Positions 23,424 to 34,365 of a stretch of DNA of 64,000 nt are shown one piece after another. The position numbers were made by a program, and so were the translations under genes. Numbering within the stretch: position 1 is the first letter of the stretch; the number at the start of each line of letters is the position of its first letter. The stretch is taken from the NCBI GenBank assembly GCA_022813965.1, contig JALDZS010000083.1, forward strand, positions 1-64,000. Reading direction: 5' to 3'. The notes under the pieces are model-generated. The model searched no databases. It was not told where the DNA came from and saw only the letters and a program-made list of their open reading frames with translations. The DNA is from Toensbergia leucococca (taxonomy: Eukaryota).

Positions 23424-24360
23424 GGTGTTCGTATAACCTTGTCCTGTTAATGCGAGAAATTTTGACACAGAGAGAAAGAGGGACGAGAAGATACGCGCAA
23501 AGGAGAGAGCTGCTTTATAGACAGTAACACGCAGAGGAATCTGAAGAAATCAATTGACGTATGCGCTATAACAAGTCTCATGGATAAAGCCTAATTCGCT
23601 CTTGGTGTGTTTACTTTGCACTTTTTGTGATCCACGTACAGTAGCCTGCTTGCTCATCCGAGTCAAGAATATTTCTCAGGCAGTGAGGATTCTCGCCGAG
23701 TATATCCGACTTCCAAAATTCATAGATCTCTCGCCTGACACGGAACATAGTGCTATGATGAGGATGGGTAGCGGGAAACGGACCAGAGACCTCGATATGA
23801 AGTTCTACGAGAGTGAGCCGCAGCCTATCAAATTCTATGGCGTTGGAGAGCGAATCGCCCCCAACCGCCAGAGCTAGTGATCGGATGTTAAGATACCTTA
23901 ACCATCATAGATAGCGATCACAGTCTATCCAATTCTAGGTCTCTGCCATTATTCCCCCTGTATCAATCCCCCCACACTTGAATCGGGAAATTAAAGCTTA
24001 TGTATTTCTCATCGGCCGTTGCCGCATGGCTAGAGTCTTTCTCGATTGCCACGATGCCGACGGCCCATGTGAACTCACTGTGCCGAATAAGACGCCAGCC
24101 GAGGGTGTCCGGAGATCAAAGAGGCGGAATATAATCTCAATCATTCAGTAAGTGGATAATAGGATTCACTAGGCAGGAAATACTAGATTTCATCATGTAA
24201 GAGAGCGGGAAAAGGATCTTGGTCGAGATCGTCGTTGAATGGAGAAAGTTTGGTACCGAACGGCCGAGCTTCCTCCTTCCCGCTTGAGATTTAGGGCTAA
24301 GCTAGCCCATGCCAGCCTTACCTTATTCCGTTCCCCACAAACAGCGTTTAGAACACTCGT

Positions 24361-26862
24361 ATGGCCTCCACGATGGAATACTTTTACAATTCAATCCCCA
24401 GCCTTAGAGGTACGTTGTTTATATCTCGCCTTCCAGAGGTCGTGAAGGTGATTGATATTTCCGATTGTGACGCTCACCAGCGTTTAGGGTTTTTCGCAAT
24501 GTGGCACAACCATCGAATACCAATTCTCTTTGTAGGATTTTTTGTTCTCCTCGCTATTCGCCTCTTAATCTATCGTGGTCTTCACCGGCAGCTGTTGCCT
24601 CCATCGCCTTCGACTGGACCCCCAAATCCAGCTTCATCTGCAGAGGAGAAGTCAATCTGGCAAGACGAGAAGCAAGAGCTAAGCACTCCACGAGCTGACA
24701 GCTCTCATCAAAGGGTGCTGAGAAGGGAAGATAAAGTTGGCGCGAATAACAATTCTGTGTATACTAATCGTCCTCGGATTGCGCCCAGAAGAGTGAAAGG
24801 CTCAAGGACAGAACGGCCGTTCAATTCTGCAAACTCTCCTGCTGGAGACATTCAACCTCTTGTTTTCTTTTTCTCCTTAACAAGCAACACTGAAAGATGT
24901 GCTGTTACCTTCGCCCAGGAACTAACGCTGTCGCTGAAAGTCCAATCTTCCACTATTTTACCACCTAAACTTCATGATCTTTCCTACATTGACTATGATG
25001 ACTTCTTCATCTCCACTCCAAAACCAAAGACTGTCGCAAAACACATCAGATATTTCTATCTGTTCCTGATTCCAACGTACAATATTGACAGTGTCATGAA
25101 TACTTTCATATCCAACCTTCAGGAGACGCACCATGATTTCCGCATCGATACGGCACCGTTGTCTAATCTAGTCGGCTATTCAGTATTTGGATTTGGTGAT
25201 ATGGAAGGCTGGAAAACGGAGGAAGAAGGTTTTTGCTCGCAAGCAAGAGAGGTTGATAGATGGATGGCGAAATTATCCGGGAAACGCAGAGCATACCCGT
25301 TGGGAATGGGTGATGTTAAATCAGATGTTACGGGAAGACTTCAAGAATGGAGGGATGGCGTTACTAAAGTACTAATAGACATTTCTACTAAAGGTGGGCT
25401 TGGCGAGGGCGTGTTAGGCAGTGGTGATGCTTTAGAGAGTGACGAAGAAATCGATTCCGATGATTCAATGCCAGATCCTGAAACCGAAAAGTCGAAGCCA
25501 TCCAGAGAACGAAAACCTCTCAGAGTGTCCAGGATCGACGATCTTGAGGACCTCGGCGGTAGAGTTCCTTTGGAAAAAAACTTCTCATCCACCTCTGCAA
25601 CATATTCCTCGTCGCTTGCAATCGACTTTACCACCTCCCGGAGCATCCCTTCGACTGTCCAACCTCTTAAAGAAATGGTTCCCACAACTTCACCCACTTA
25701 CACTGCCCTTACAAAGCAAGGATACACAATAATTGGCAGTCATTCCGGTGTCAAAATATGTCGCTGGACGAAATCTGCTCTTCGAGGTCGAGGTTCATGC
25801 TACAAATACAGTTTCTACGGCATCAAGTCACATCTATGCATGGAAACTACACCTTCGCTTTCTTGCTCGAATAAATGCGTTTTCTGCTGGCGACACGGTA
25901 CAAATCCGGTTGGCACTACATGGCGTTGGAAAGTTGATCCCCCTGAAATAATATTCACAGGCGCGAAAGAAGCACATTTAAAGAAAATCAAAATGATGCG
26001 AGGGGTGCCTGGAGTAAGAGCAGAACGTTTCCAAGAGGCGATGAAGATACGGCACTGTGCTCTAAGTCTGGTCGGGGAACCAATCTTCTATCCGCATATC
26101 AATGATTTTGTGAGTCTTCTACATGGTGACAGAATCAGTAGCTTTTTGGTTTGCAATGCACAGCATCCGGACCAATTGGAGGCGTTAAAGGTCGTGACAC
26201 AGCTCTATGTCAGCATAGATGCTAGCAACAAGGAAAGTCTAAAAAAAGTGGACAGACCGTTGCATAGAGACTTCTGGGAAAGATTTCTCAGGTGCCTCGA
26301 TATTTTGAGGGAGAAAAGGTTCAGGATGAGGACCGTGTTTAGATTGACATTAGTCAAAGGCTTCAACATTGAGAACGAAGTAGAGGGGTATGCAGATCTT
26401 GTGCAGAGGGGAATGCCTTGCTTTGTGGAGGTCAAGGGCGTCACATATTGTGGTACTTCCTCATCTGCAGGAGCGGGGTTGACGATGCAGAATGTCCCGT
26501 TCTATGAAGAGGTCGTAGCTTTTGTGGAAGCACTCAGCGCAGCGCTTGAGGGAAGAGGCTTGGATTATGGCATTGCAGCCGAGCATGCCCACAGTTGCTG
26601 TATTCTGATCGGGTCCAAGCGCTTTTTGATGGATGGAAAGTGGCATACTCTTATCGATTACGACAGATTCTTTGAATTGTTGGAGTCTGGGGAGGATTTT
26701 GCACCAGAGGATTATGCCGGTCCCACGCTAGAGTGGGCTGCTTGGGGCAGGGGAGGATTTGATCCAGCGGATGTTCGAGTTCGCAGAAAGGGAAAGAATA
26801 GAGATAAGGATGTCAGCGATGCCAAGGAGGCAGAAGCTGAAAAGGAGCAGCGAGAAGGCTAG
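24361..26862 (+). CDS. TYW1: S-adenosylmethionine-dependent tRNA 4-demethylwyosine synthase
   Basis: N-terminal TM, flavodoxin-like region (YSVFGFGD), radical-SAM CSNKCVFC, GSHSGVKICRWT and HCALSLVGEP. A possible small in-frame intron lies near 24409-24487. Confidence 0.95.
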   Translation: MASTMEYFYNSIPSLRGTLFISRLPEVVKVIDISDCDAHQRLGFFAMWHNHRIPILFVGFFVLLAIRLLIYRGLHRQLLPPSPSTGPPNPASSAEEKSIWQDEKQELSTPRADSSHQRVLRREDKVGANNNSVYTNRPRIAPRRVKGSRTERPFNSANSPAGDIQPLVFFFSLTSNTERCAVTFAQELTLSLKVQSSTILPPKLHDLSYIDYDDFFISTPKPKTVAKHIRYFYLFLIPTYNIDSVMNTFISNLQETHHDFRIDTAPLSNLVGYSVFGFGDMEGWKTEEEGFCSQAREVDRWMAKLSGKRRAYPLGMGDVKSDVTGRLQEWRDGVTKVLIDISTKGGLGEGVLGSGDALESDEEIDSDDSMPDPETEKSKPSRERKPLRVSRIDDLEDLGGRVPLEKNFSSTSATYSSSLAIDFTTSRSIPSTVQPLKEMVPTTSPTYTALTKQGYTIIGSHSGVKICRWTKSALRGRGSCYKYSFYGIKSHLCMETTPSLSCSNKCVFCWRHGTNPVGTTWRWKVDPPEIIFTGAKEAHLKKIKMMRGVPGVRAERFQEAMKIRHCALSLVGEPIFYPHINDFVSLLHGDRISSFLVCNAQHPDQLEALKVVTQLYVSIDASNKESLKKVDRPLHRDFWERFLRCLDILREKRFRMRTVFRLTLVKGFNIENEVEGYADLVQRGMPCFVEVKGVTYCGTSSSAGAGLTMQNVPFYEEVVAFVEALSAALEGRGLDYGIAAEHAHSCCILIGSKRFLMDGKWHTLIDYDRFFELLESGEDFAPEDYAGPTLEWAAWGRGGFDPADVRVRRKGKNRDKDVSDAKEAEAEKEQREG

Positions 26863-27687
26863 GTGTCTGACCAAACAGGTGATCCTAGAAGTCGCTGTCG
26901 ATGCACATGATCAAGTGACTTGTTTTCCTTATGATACAATTTGAAAGCGCATATATACCCACCTACCTACCTACCTAAGGTACATTTCCTCAAGTAAGGT
27001 GATGTAGGAAAACAAGGTATTTGTGGGGGAGGGCAATTTCTGTGGAGCCCCTGGTGCAGGCGCTAAGGTGTTTCGAAACACTGTTCGCGTGGACAAAGAA
27101 GCTCGACAGGTTCAGATTCAAACAGTACTAAGCTTTGTCTTACATGAAGCTCGTATGGATGGTTTGGCGGCGAAACAGCGGCGCCCTTTCATCTGCTTAC
27201 TTGAGTCTTACTGGCTTTGTCTTGACCTGACATCCCACGACCTCAAATTTTTCCTAAACCCCCTGCAGCGCTACCATCCCCGCATTTGACCCCTGATCAA
27301 TGTTCTTTTCCCTTCCCATTCCCGTTCCCTCGTGGTGTTCATGAGAACAACGGCGACATCTGTTACCTTCTTTTGATTCCATATTCGTCCGAGGTTCTTG
27401 ATGAGCCCACTACGCTCATTTACTTGCTCATTCACTTCTCGAGCTAAGGCCTTCTCTTGTTTACCTTGTCTTGACTTCACAACCTCAACACAACAAGATT
27501 CATGACTTTCTTTTCTTTCTTCACATATTGAGTACCTTTCTTCCATCTTTGACTTGGATCCAAACTTATCTTCCAGTCTTCTCTCCAATCTCCCATTCTC
27601 CACATACTTCTACACTCTCGTTTGAAACCTCGTTGAACGAGTCATCAAGCATTTACTGAGACGACCATTCAACACTCTTTAAGCAAC

Positions 27688-29536
27688 ATGCATCTATACA
27701 TTTTTAAGAGTCTACTGCTGGCAGTGACTGCCATTCAGACCGCTAAAGCACATACCACATTCACCAATTTTTTTGTTGACAGCGTTCCTCAAGGTGATGG
27801 CACTTGCGTTCGTATGAGTAATGATATTCCGACGGCGGCCAGTCCTATCAAAAGCATTACAGGTGATGATATGGCTTGTGGTAAGTCTCACGTTTTCTTT
27901 TTTCTTCTCTTGCAGCTTGGAATGTGTTATTGGTATGCATCAAAGTCAATTTATTAGAAGTCATATCATGTCAACTTCAGGACAAGTATAGAAGCACCTC
28001 ATACAGTACGCAAGAGCTTCTATTATCAAAGAAATATCTGGTACTAAATCGGGCATGCGGGTTCTTCCTAAAACTCGGTACCTCAACTCGAATTTTGTCC
28101 ATGCTTGAGAAATTAGTAAAACATCAGACCGGACCGCTGACATAGCGACCACAGGTGTTAACGGCGAAGTTGGGGTAGCTCGTGTTTGCCCTGCGAACGC
28201 TGGCTCCATACTGTCATTCGAATACCGCGAATGGGCTGACGCATCTCACCCTGGAGCCATCGACATTTCTCACAGAGGTCCATGTGCCGTTTACATGAAG
28301 AAGGTTGAATCTGCAATTGCCAACAATACTGCATCCGGAAATGGATGGTTCAAGATCTGGGACGAAGACTATGACAATTCAGCAGGCAAGTGGTGCACAG
28401 AGAAGCTCATTGACAATAATGGACATCTATCAGTGGAGATTCCAAGCGATCTAGCCTCGGGATACTACCTGGTTCGTCCAGAACTTCTCGCCTTGCAACA
28501 AGCCGACAAGACACCAGCGGACCCTCAATTCTACGTTGGCTGCGCCCAGGTGTTCCTCGCCTCGGAGGGATCCTCAACTCCTGCCAACACCGTTTCGATT
28601 CCTGGTTATGTAAATATGAGTAATCCCGCGATGACTTTCAACATCTATGACCAACCAATGAAGTTACCGTACCCTATATTTGGCCCACCGGTCTACACGA
28701 GCACTTCCAAGCGTGGCCTTGAACTTCGCTCCGATCAACAAATGGAAGGGCTGAAGCCGGCAAATTGCGTACTTGAGAACGATAACTGGTGCGGTATCGA
28801 ACTTGCTGATTACTCTGGCGAGACTGCCTGCTGGAATGTATGTAGACGAACAAATAGCTCTGCTCACTGTGATATACATGTTAACCATGGGTATTAGGCC
28901 TCCACTGCTTGCTGGGCTCAATGCACAGACTGTTACAATTCGGCCGGGCCTACGGGAAGCAAGAATTGTCCAATCTGGGAGTCCAAATGCAAGGGGATCC
29001 AGGACGCTTGTAATGCCGGGGACTTTAATGGCCCGCCAAACGCCGGCAAAGATCTTACACCCCCGTTCGTCCTTGCTTCAGATTTGCCTGCACCAGTGTC
29101 AACCTCAGCACCGGAATCATCCGCTGTAGTGTCGACAAGCTCAACCCCAGCATCGTACTCATCCACTGTGCTATCGACAAGCTCAACCCCAGCATCCTAT
29201 TCAGCTACGGCACAAGGCTGCACTGAGTCATCAGCTTCGGCTACGAGCACGTCAGCATCTTCAGCCACAAGCGAAGGATCAACTGATACTTGTGGATCCA
29301 ACAACGGTGGTCTTACTTGTGCCAGTGGATTGTGCTGTTCTTCACATGGGTGAGCTACTTCTTCAACCGAGAAGACTTCAAATGATGGTAAACTGATTGG
29401 ACATAGATACTGCGGAAGCTCTGGCGACTATTGTGGCTCTGGCTGTCAGTCTGGATTCGGAACGTGTTCGGGGAATTCCAAGGTGAAGAGGACTCATAGA
29501 CACGGGAGGCATCGTGGGGCTCGGATTTTATCTTGA
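27688..29536 (+). CDS. AA9 lytic polysaccharide monooxygenase with Cys-rich module, Ser/Thr linker and C-terminal hevein/CBM18 domain, 4 exons
   Basis: Signal peptide then His1 (AKA|HTTF), SHRGP, GWFKI, GYYLVRPE and QFYVGCAQ. C-terminus CGSNNGGLTCASGLCCSSHG|YCGSSGDYCGSGCQSGFGTC. Introns start at 27881, 28838 and 29350. Confidence 0.92.
29132..29196 (+). repeat. Short direct repeat in the LPMO Ser/Thr linker
   Basis: tcgacaagctcaaccccagcatc occurs twice 42 nt apart, encoding STSSTPASYS twice. Confidence 0.85.
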
Positions 29537-30209
29537 TAGGAAGTAGCTGTTCGAGGCTTTGGTACAGACGATTCCACTATTCTGGCAATGAGATGGCTGG
29601 TCTGGCTGGCCTGATTGGGCTGTGTGGAGCAAGGCACTCTACTGTTGAAAAGCGATTTTGATTGGCGTAAGTATTTGATCTCGGAGATGAGGCTGGATCT
29701 TCTGTAGATCTCATAGCAGAACCGAACGAATGAAAAGATGCAGAAACGAATTAACAATGACAGGCTCCTACAAGGTCATAACGCAAAGTCCTCAGCTGGT
29801 CATCATGTAGCTTTGGGCTATCGTAGTGACTCTAAAACTTTGTGCAAGGAACGAAGGGAAATAAATGTTTGAACCCCTTTTCAATACATTGACAATCACC
29901 TGAGAAAATATGATTAGTTTGAAGGAAACATGTTCTACCTACTTGCAATCTTATAAAAATACATGTTGTTTGTGTCATTAATGTACTGATGCTCTTATCA
30001 ATACTCACTTGGGTGTCAAAAAGACATGAAACAGATTCAGAAGCAAGATTTCGCGGCCGTGAAGCTAGAATAGAATAGGTACCCCTGCGTGTTGGAACTC
30101 TAGCGCAACAGTGAAGTCACCAAGTGAACGCACCCACTCAGCACCACTCGCACCACTTTGCACCTCCAATTCCCTCGACCATTCCCAGCTTTCTAGACAC
30201 AGTTGGAAT

Positions 30210-31270
30210 ATGGTACTCCCTAAATTCTCGTCCTCGGCGCGCAGCCATCTTAGTGGCAAATCGCAGCAAGGAAGTGCTAGCAAGACTAGACCCACGTTAG
30301 GGGGTAAGGGCATTATCGGTGGAACGCGGGGGGTGGGAAAGGCCGGCTTGCGAAGGCATCGGTACCGTCTACTCTGTCTGTATGTATGTTGCTTGCATCT
30401 AATATACGATTAGGAAAGTTATACGGGATTCAATCAGGGGCATCAGTGAGTTTCGACCCCGTTGGTATTGGCTAAGAAGTGCGACGACGGCCTTCTGATT
30501 ATTGTTTTGTGGATAGCAAAGGGAGATATCAGGTATGTCATTCTCCTCTGGGTCTTTCATAGACACGGGAACTTCCCGTGCGAGCGTCTGGTCCTATGAT
30601 GCTGTGTTTGGGCCGGGGGATGTACAGTCTTCTTTGCCCGCTGAGTTGGTTTCTTCAGCATTGATTCTGGCTCAGCATGAGATCAATTGCTCCTGCTTCA
30701 TGTGATGTGTCAAAAGGGAGAAAGCTGTGCTAATACCACCGTTTCCATAGGAGACTGGCACGCCGTGGCGGGGTGAAGCGTATATCCTCCCAGATCTACG
30801 ACAATATACGCGTGGCCATCAAAGACCGCCTAAAAATAGCAAGTCACAAGCAGGCCAAATACTGATACATGATTCTTATACCTACTTTCACAGATCTTAG
30901 AGGACTGTACAATATTCCTCGATCATTCGAATAGGAAGAGTGAGTACCGCAACCTTGAATAAGAGACAGAAGCAGCTTTGGGGCACGTGTCTAATATATC
31001 TTTCTCGTCACCTTAGCTGTAACAGTATCGGATGTGAGCATTTTCGTCGTGGCTACCGTCTTTGGATCTCTGCTAATCATCGAAGGTCATCTTTGCCCTC
31101 AAACGCGTAAGTGCAAGCTTTCATTTCCACATTCGTCACTAACATGCTTTGTGTAGATGGGAAATCCTATTTATGGTACATTTGGAGTGCTTGAAGAATA
31201 TTCAAAGACATGGCTCATGTTTGCAGGTTTCGATAAAGACACATACCATCTTCGGCCGTCCCGACGATAG
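30210..31270 (+). CDS. Divergent histone H4 variant (hH4v/H4E-like), 9 exons, 144 aa
   Basis: Exons 30210-30361, 30414-30445, 30517-30532, 30751-30838, 30894-30939, 31017-31033, 31086-31106, 31157-31175 and 31227-31270 total 435 nt. They splice to ...GLRRHRKVIRDSIRGITKGDIRRLARRGGVKRISSQIYDNIR...RKTVTVSDVIFALKRMGNPIYGF... Confidence 0.9.
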
Positions 31271-31655
31271 CTCGTGCATTTATATGCGGCTTCTACGTCA
31301 CTTTATTCATCGTCTTAGTACACAGCACAGGTGTCAAACAATGAGGCAACAGGAGTTCGAGTGTGGGGCGTTGGCGGTATGATACCCAGTCCTCGATGGA
31401 TATTGATTAGTGCTGTTTAATCAGAGGCGCTTCACGATTGAGGAATTCGCCAGAGGGTGTCATTGGTTGTCGACGGTCAATGGCGTTTAATGGATTGGAA
31501 CGTCATGAAATCATATACGGAAGGCCGTCTCTTCATTGGGTATCACGGAATTGCTACGGCTCAGCTGCTCTACCATCCACCCCCCGTCAATGTCTTCCCT
31601 CTTGAACCCCCCCTTCCTTGCACCGCTATGACCTCTTCCAATACCGTTCTCGCAT

Positions 31656-32831
31656 TCACATCCCTCCGATCAAACTCACAGTTGAACATCTTTGGCAACA
31701 CTTTCTTGGAGACTGCATCCCGGTATTATCAGCACAAATTCTGGGCCGCCTAAAGGCATCAAGAAAACAAAGGCAAGGACCCCACTCACAAACACCTTCG
31801 CCCTCAAATTCACACCACCTACATCCCCTCTCCCCCATTGCAACCCTCACTCCCTCCCCAAGCACCCTCCTCCCAACCCCCTTCCCTCTTTCCCCCCTCC
31901 CAACAACCCATGCCCTCACCAACCCCCTCCTCTCTCTCCTCTCAACCCTAACAATCACAACTCCAACCACCTCTCCAACTCCTTTCCCCACAACCACAAA
32001 GCTCTCACACCTCCTCACCCTCCCCTTGCCCCACCCCCCATCAAGACCCCCTTCCTCGAGCCAAGCCGTCCCAACCCCAGTCGCCAACTCCGCATACTCC
32101 CTCGTGGCAACCCATACCCCAGCTCCCAACCCAACCGAGCAAAGTACCCACACCCCACCAAGCACCCACCTCTCCCCCCTCGCAACCCACGCCACCAGCC
32201 CCACCAATCCCATCACCACCACCAAGAAAACCGGATGCACAGCCACCGCCCTCGCCGCCCGCCTCCGATCCTCCAGCAGCCCCCTCCTCACCAGCTCCAA
32301 CCCCGCCCGAATCTCAGCATCCTCAGTCGCAACCCCCACACTTATGTCCACCCCATCACGATCTTCCTTCCCAGTCACCAAAAACCCTTCATCCTGCGCC
32401 GTCGCGAGCGTGGTTATCGCTGACAAGGGGGACGTGGCCGGCAAGCGGGGCAGGAAAGCAGTCGACACGGGAAGGGAGAGCAGGGTGGAGGTTGCGCTTG
32501 TTGGGGGCGAGGAGAGAGCGGAGGCGAGGTGGAGGTTTTGGCGGAGGGTGGAGAGGAAGGCTTTTTTTGGAGGAAGGGCGGGGCGTTGGTGTTAGCTGGG
32601 TTGGCGAAGGGGGGGAAGGGGGCGTGGATTGAACGCACTGGCACCGTATTTCCACCCGGGGATTATCTTCTCGCTGAGACAGAGTGCTTGGTCGAAATCT
32701 AGGACGTTGATGGTGGGGAAGGTGAAGCTTTGCTGGTGTTGTTGCTGTTGCTGTTGTTGCTGTGGCGGTGGTTTGAGGTATCCGAAATCGTAGGATTGTT
32801 GTTGGTGGTGGTGGTGGTGGGGCTTTGGCAT
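31656..32831 (-). CDS. Probable membrane-associated GNAT-family acetyltransferase; exon structure and 3' end uncertain
   Basis: His/Gln-rich first exon MPKPHHHHHQQQ..., two hydrophobic helices, and acetyl-CoA motif-A-like VRAWVVGRGERGKGVGRRVL. Confidence 0.6.
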
Positions 32832-33225
32832 ATTTGATTGGTGGTGGGGGGGGTGTGTTTTTCTGATTCTTGAAAGGAACAAGGGCGAGGGTGGGAGGAG
32901 GGGAGGGGGAATGGAAGGGGGGAGGTTGATGATATAAAGTAGCTGGCTAGGTATCTAGGTAGGTTGGTAGGTATATCTAGATGGCTCTTGCGTTTGTTCA
33001 CATATTCATAAGTAGTGAAAGCAGGGTTTTTTTGGGGTCCGGGGAGGATTTGGAGGGGAGGGAACTGTGATGAGATCTGGGTTGGGCTTGGGTTATGTGT
33101 GGTGCGCTGGTGGTGGTGCGCTGGTGGTGGTGGGAGTGATCGGATAAGGGGGGTTCTGATAGCTACGATAAGGGCTTTTTTATTTTTTGTTTGGGTGGGG
33201 CCTTGGCATCAATGACGTGGCGGCG

Positions 33226-33900
33226 GGTGGTGGTTCAGATTGTAAGCTGTTACTTTTGTGTATGAGTAGGTGGTAGACTACCTATGTGATGGTGGGGGTG
33301 GTCTTTGACATGTGAAAATTATTCAGGGACCTTTAGGAGTAGGGGACTGAGGTTTACTGTATTTGTGTCAAAAGAAATCAGGGTTTATGTTGATAGAAAT
33401 CTTCATTTAAGTTTTCTTACTTTTTAGAAAATTATGTGAATGCAGATGGTGTTTTAAAACCCCTGACTGTCTGAGCCTTATAAAGGGTGTGTAAGACTGA
33501 TAGAAAGTTTGACAAAAAAAATTATATTGATATGTTATGTTGATGTTTTTTTTGACTGAATTGAATTGAAAATTCTCAATACTGCACAATGACTTTAAGT
33601 TATTTCATATCAAAAAAGAAAACTTCAGAAATGATATATAACTTACTAACTGACTCTATACAACAAAACAACAAAACAATAAAAAAAATATTCATTACAT
33701 CTATGATATTTATTCTTAATAAAAGTTGATTAAAAAGATAGATTTGATGAAATAAGCCATGTCTTTATAGACAGTCAATTACATCATGTAACAAGTCACA
33801 AGAACACACTCAGTTAGAACACTGACGTTGTGCTTTGAGAATTCAGAGGGGGGGGGAGGAGGGGTTTTCTTGGTAAAAAGGTATAAAAGGGGGTGTCAGG
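33226..33900. repeat. AT-rich, CpG-depleted island; probable mutationally destroyed transposon relic
   Basis: Abrupt AT-rich block with A/T runs and no credible ORF. I counted no CG dinucleotide from 33226 to 33825. Confidence 0.6.
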
Positions 33901-34365
33901 GTGAGATGTAGGAATGGCCTACATAGGTCACGGAACAGAAATCATCCTTTCACGGAATACAAAAGCGCATGATGCCAGACTAGCACAGGTAGTTGCACAG
34001 GGATACAAACCAGCAAGGAGTAATACATACATATGAACCACAGCAACAGTACATACAGGTAACGGGATGGGGTATACCGGTTTAATCTCCCCTCCTCCAG
34101 GCCCTCCAGCAGCTCCCGTGAGCACACAAGAAAAAAAAAGGACAGACAGAGAGAGAAAGAGCAATTTGAGATAGACAAACTCCAAGGCTGTATGAATGCT
34201 TTGCAAGCTCAGATGCTCCTTCCTTCCCTTCCTTCCAAACAGAAAGACGCCACCGATGATGCTCGCTCAGACGCTGTTGAAGATACAAATGTTTTAACAG
34301 GACATGCGAAACAGAACAAAAATGCTGTTTCTTTCTCGTGGCACTCGCGTGCCTCTCAAGCGGAA

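Noticed and set aside
26961..26983. (ACCT)n microsatellite, also at ~62545 and ~32950
   Set aside because: Short simple repeats that are common in fungal intergenic DNA.
31618..32595. 325-aa and 243-aa Pro/Thr/Ser-rich plus-strand ORFs resembling a mucin
   Set aside because: Artefact of the C-rich strand lacking stops; the minus strand has the GNAT motif and TM helices.
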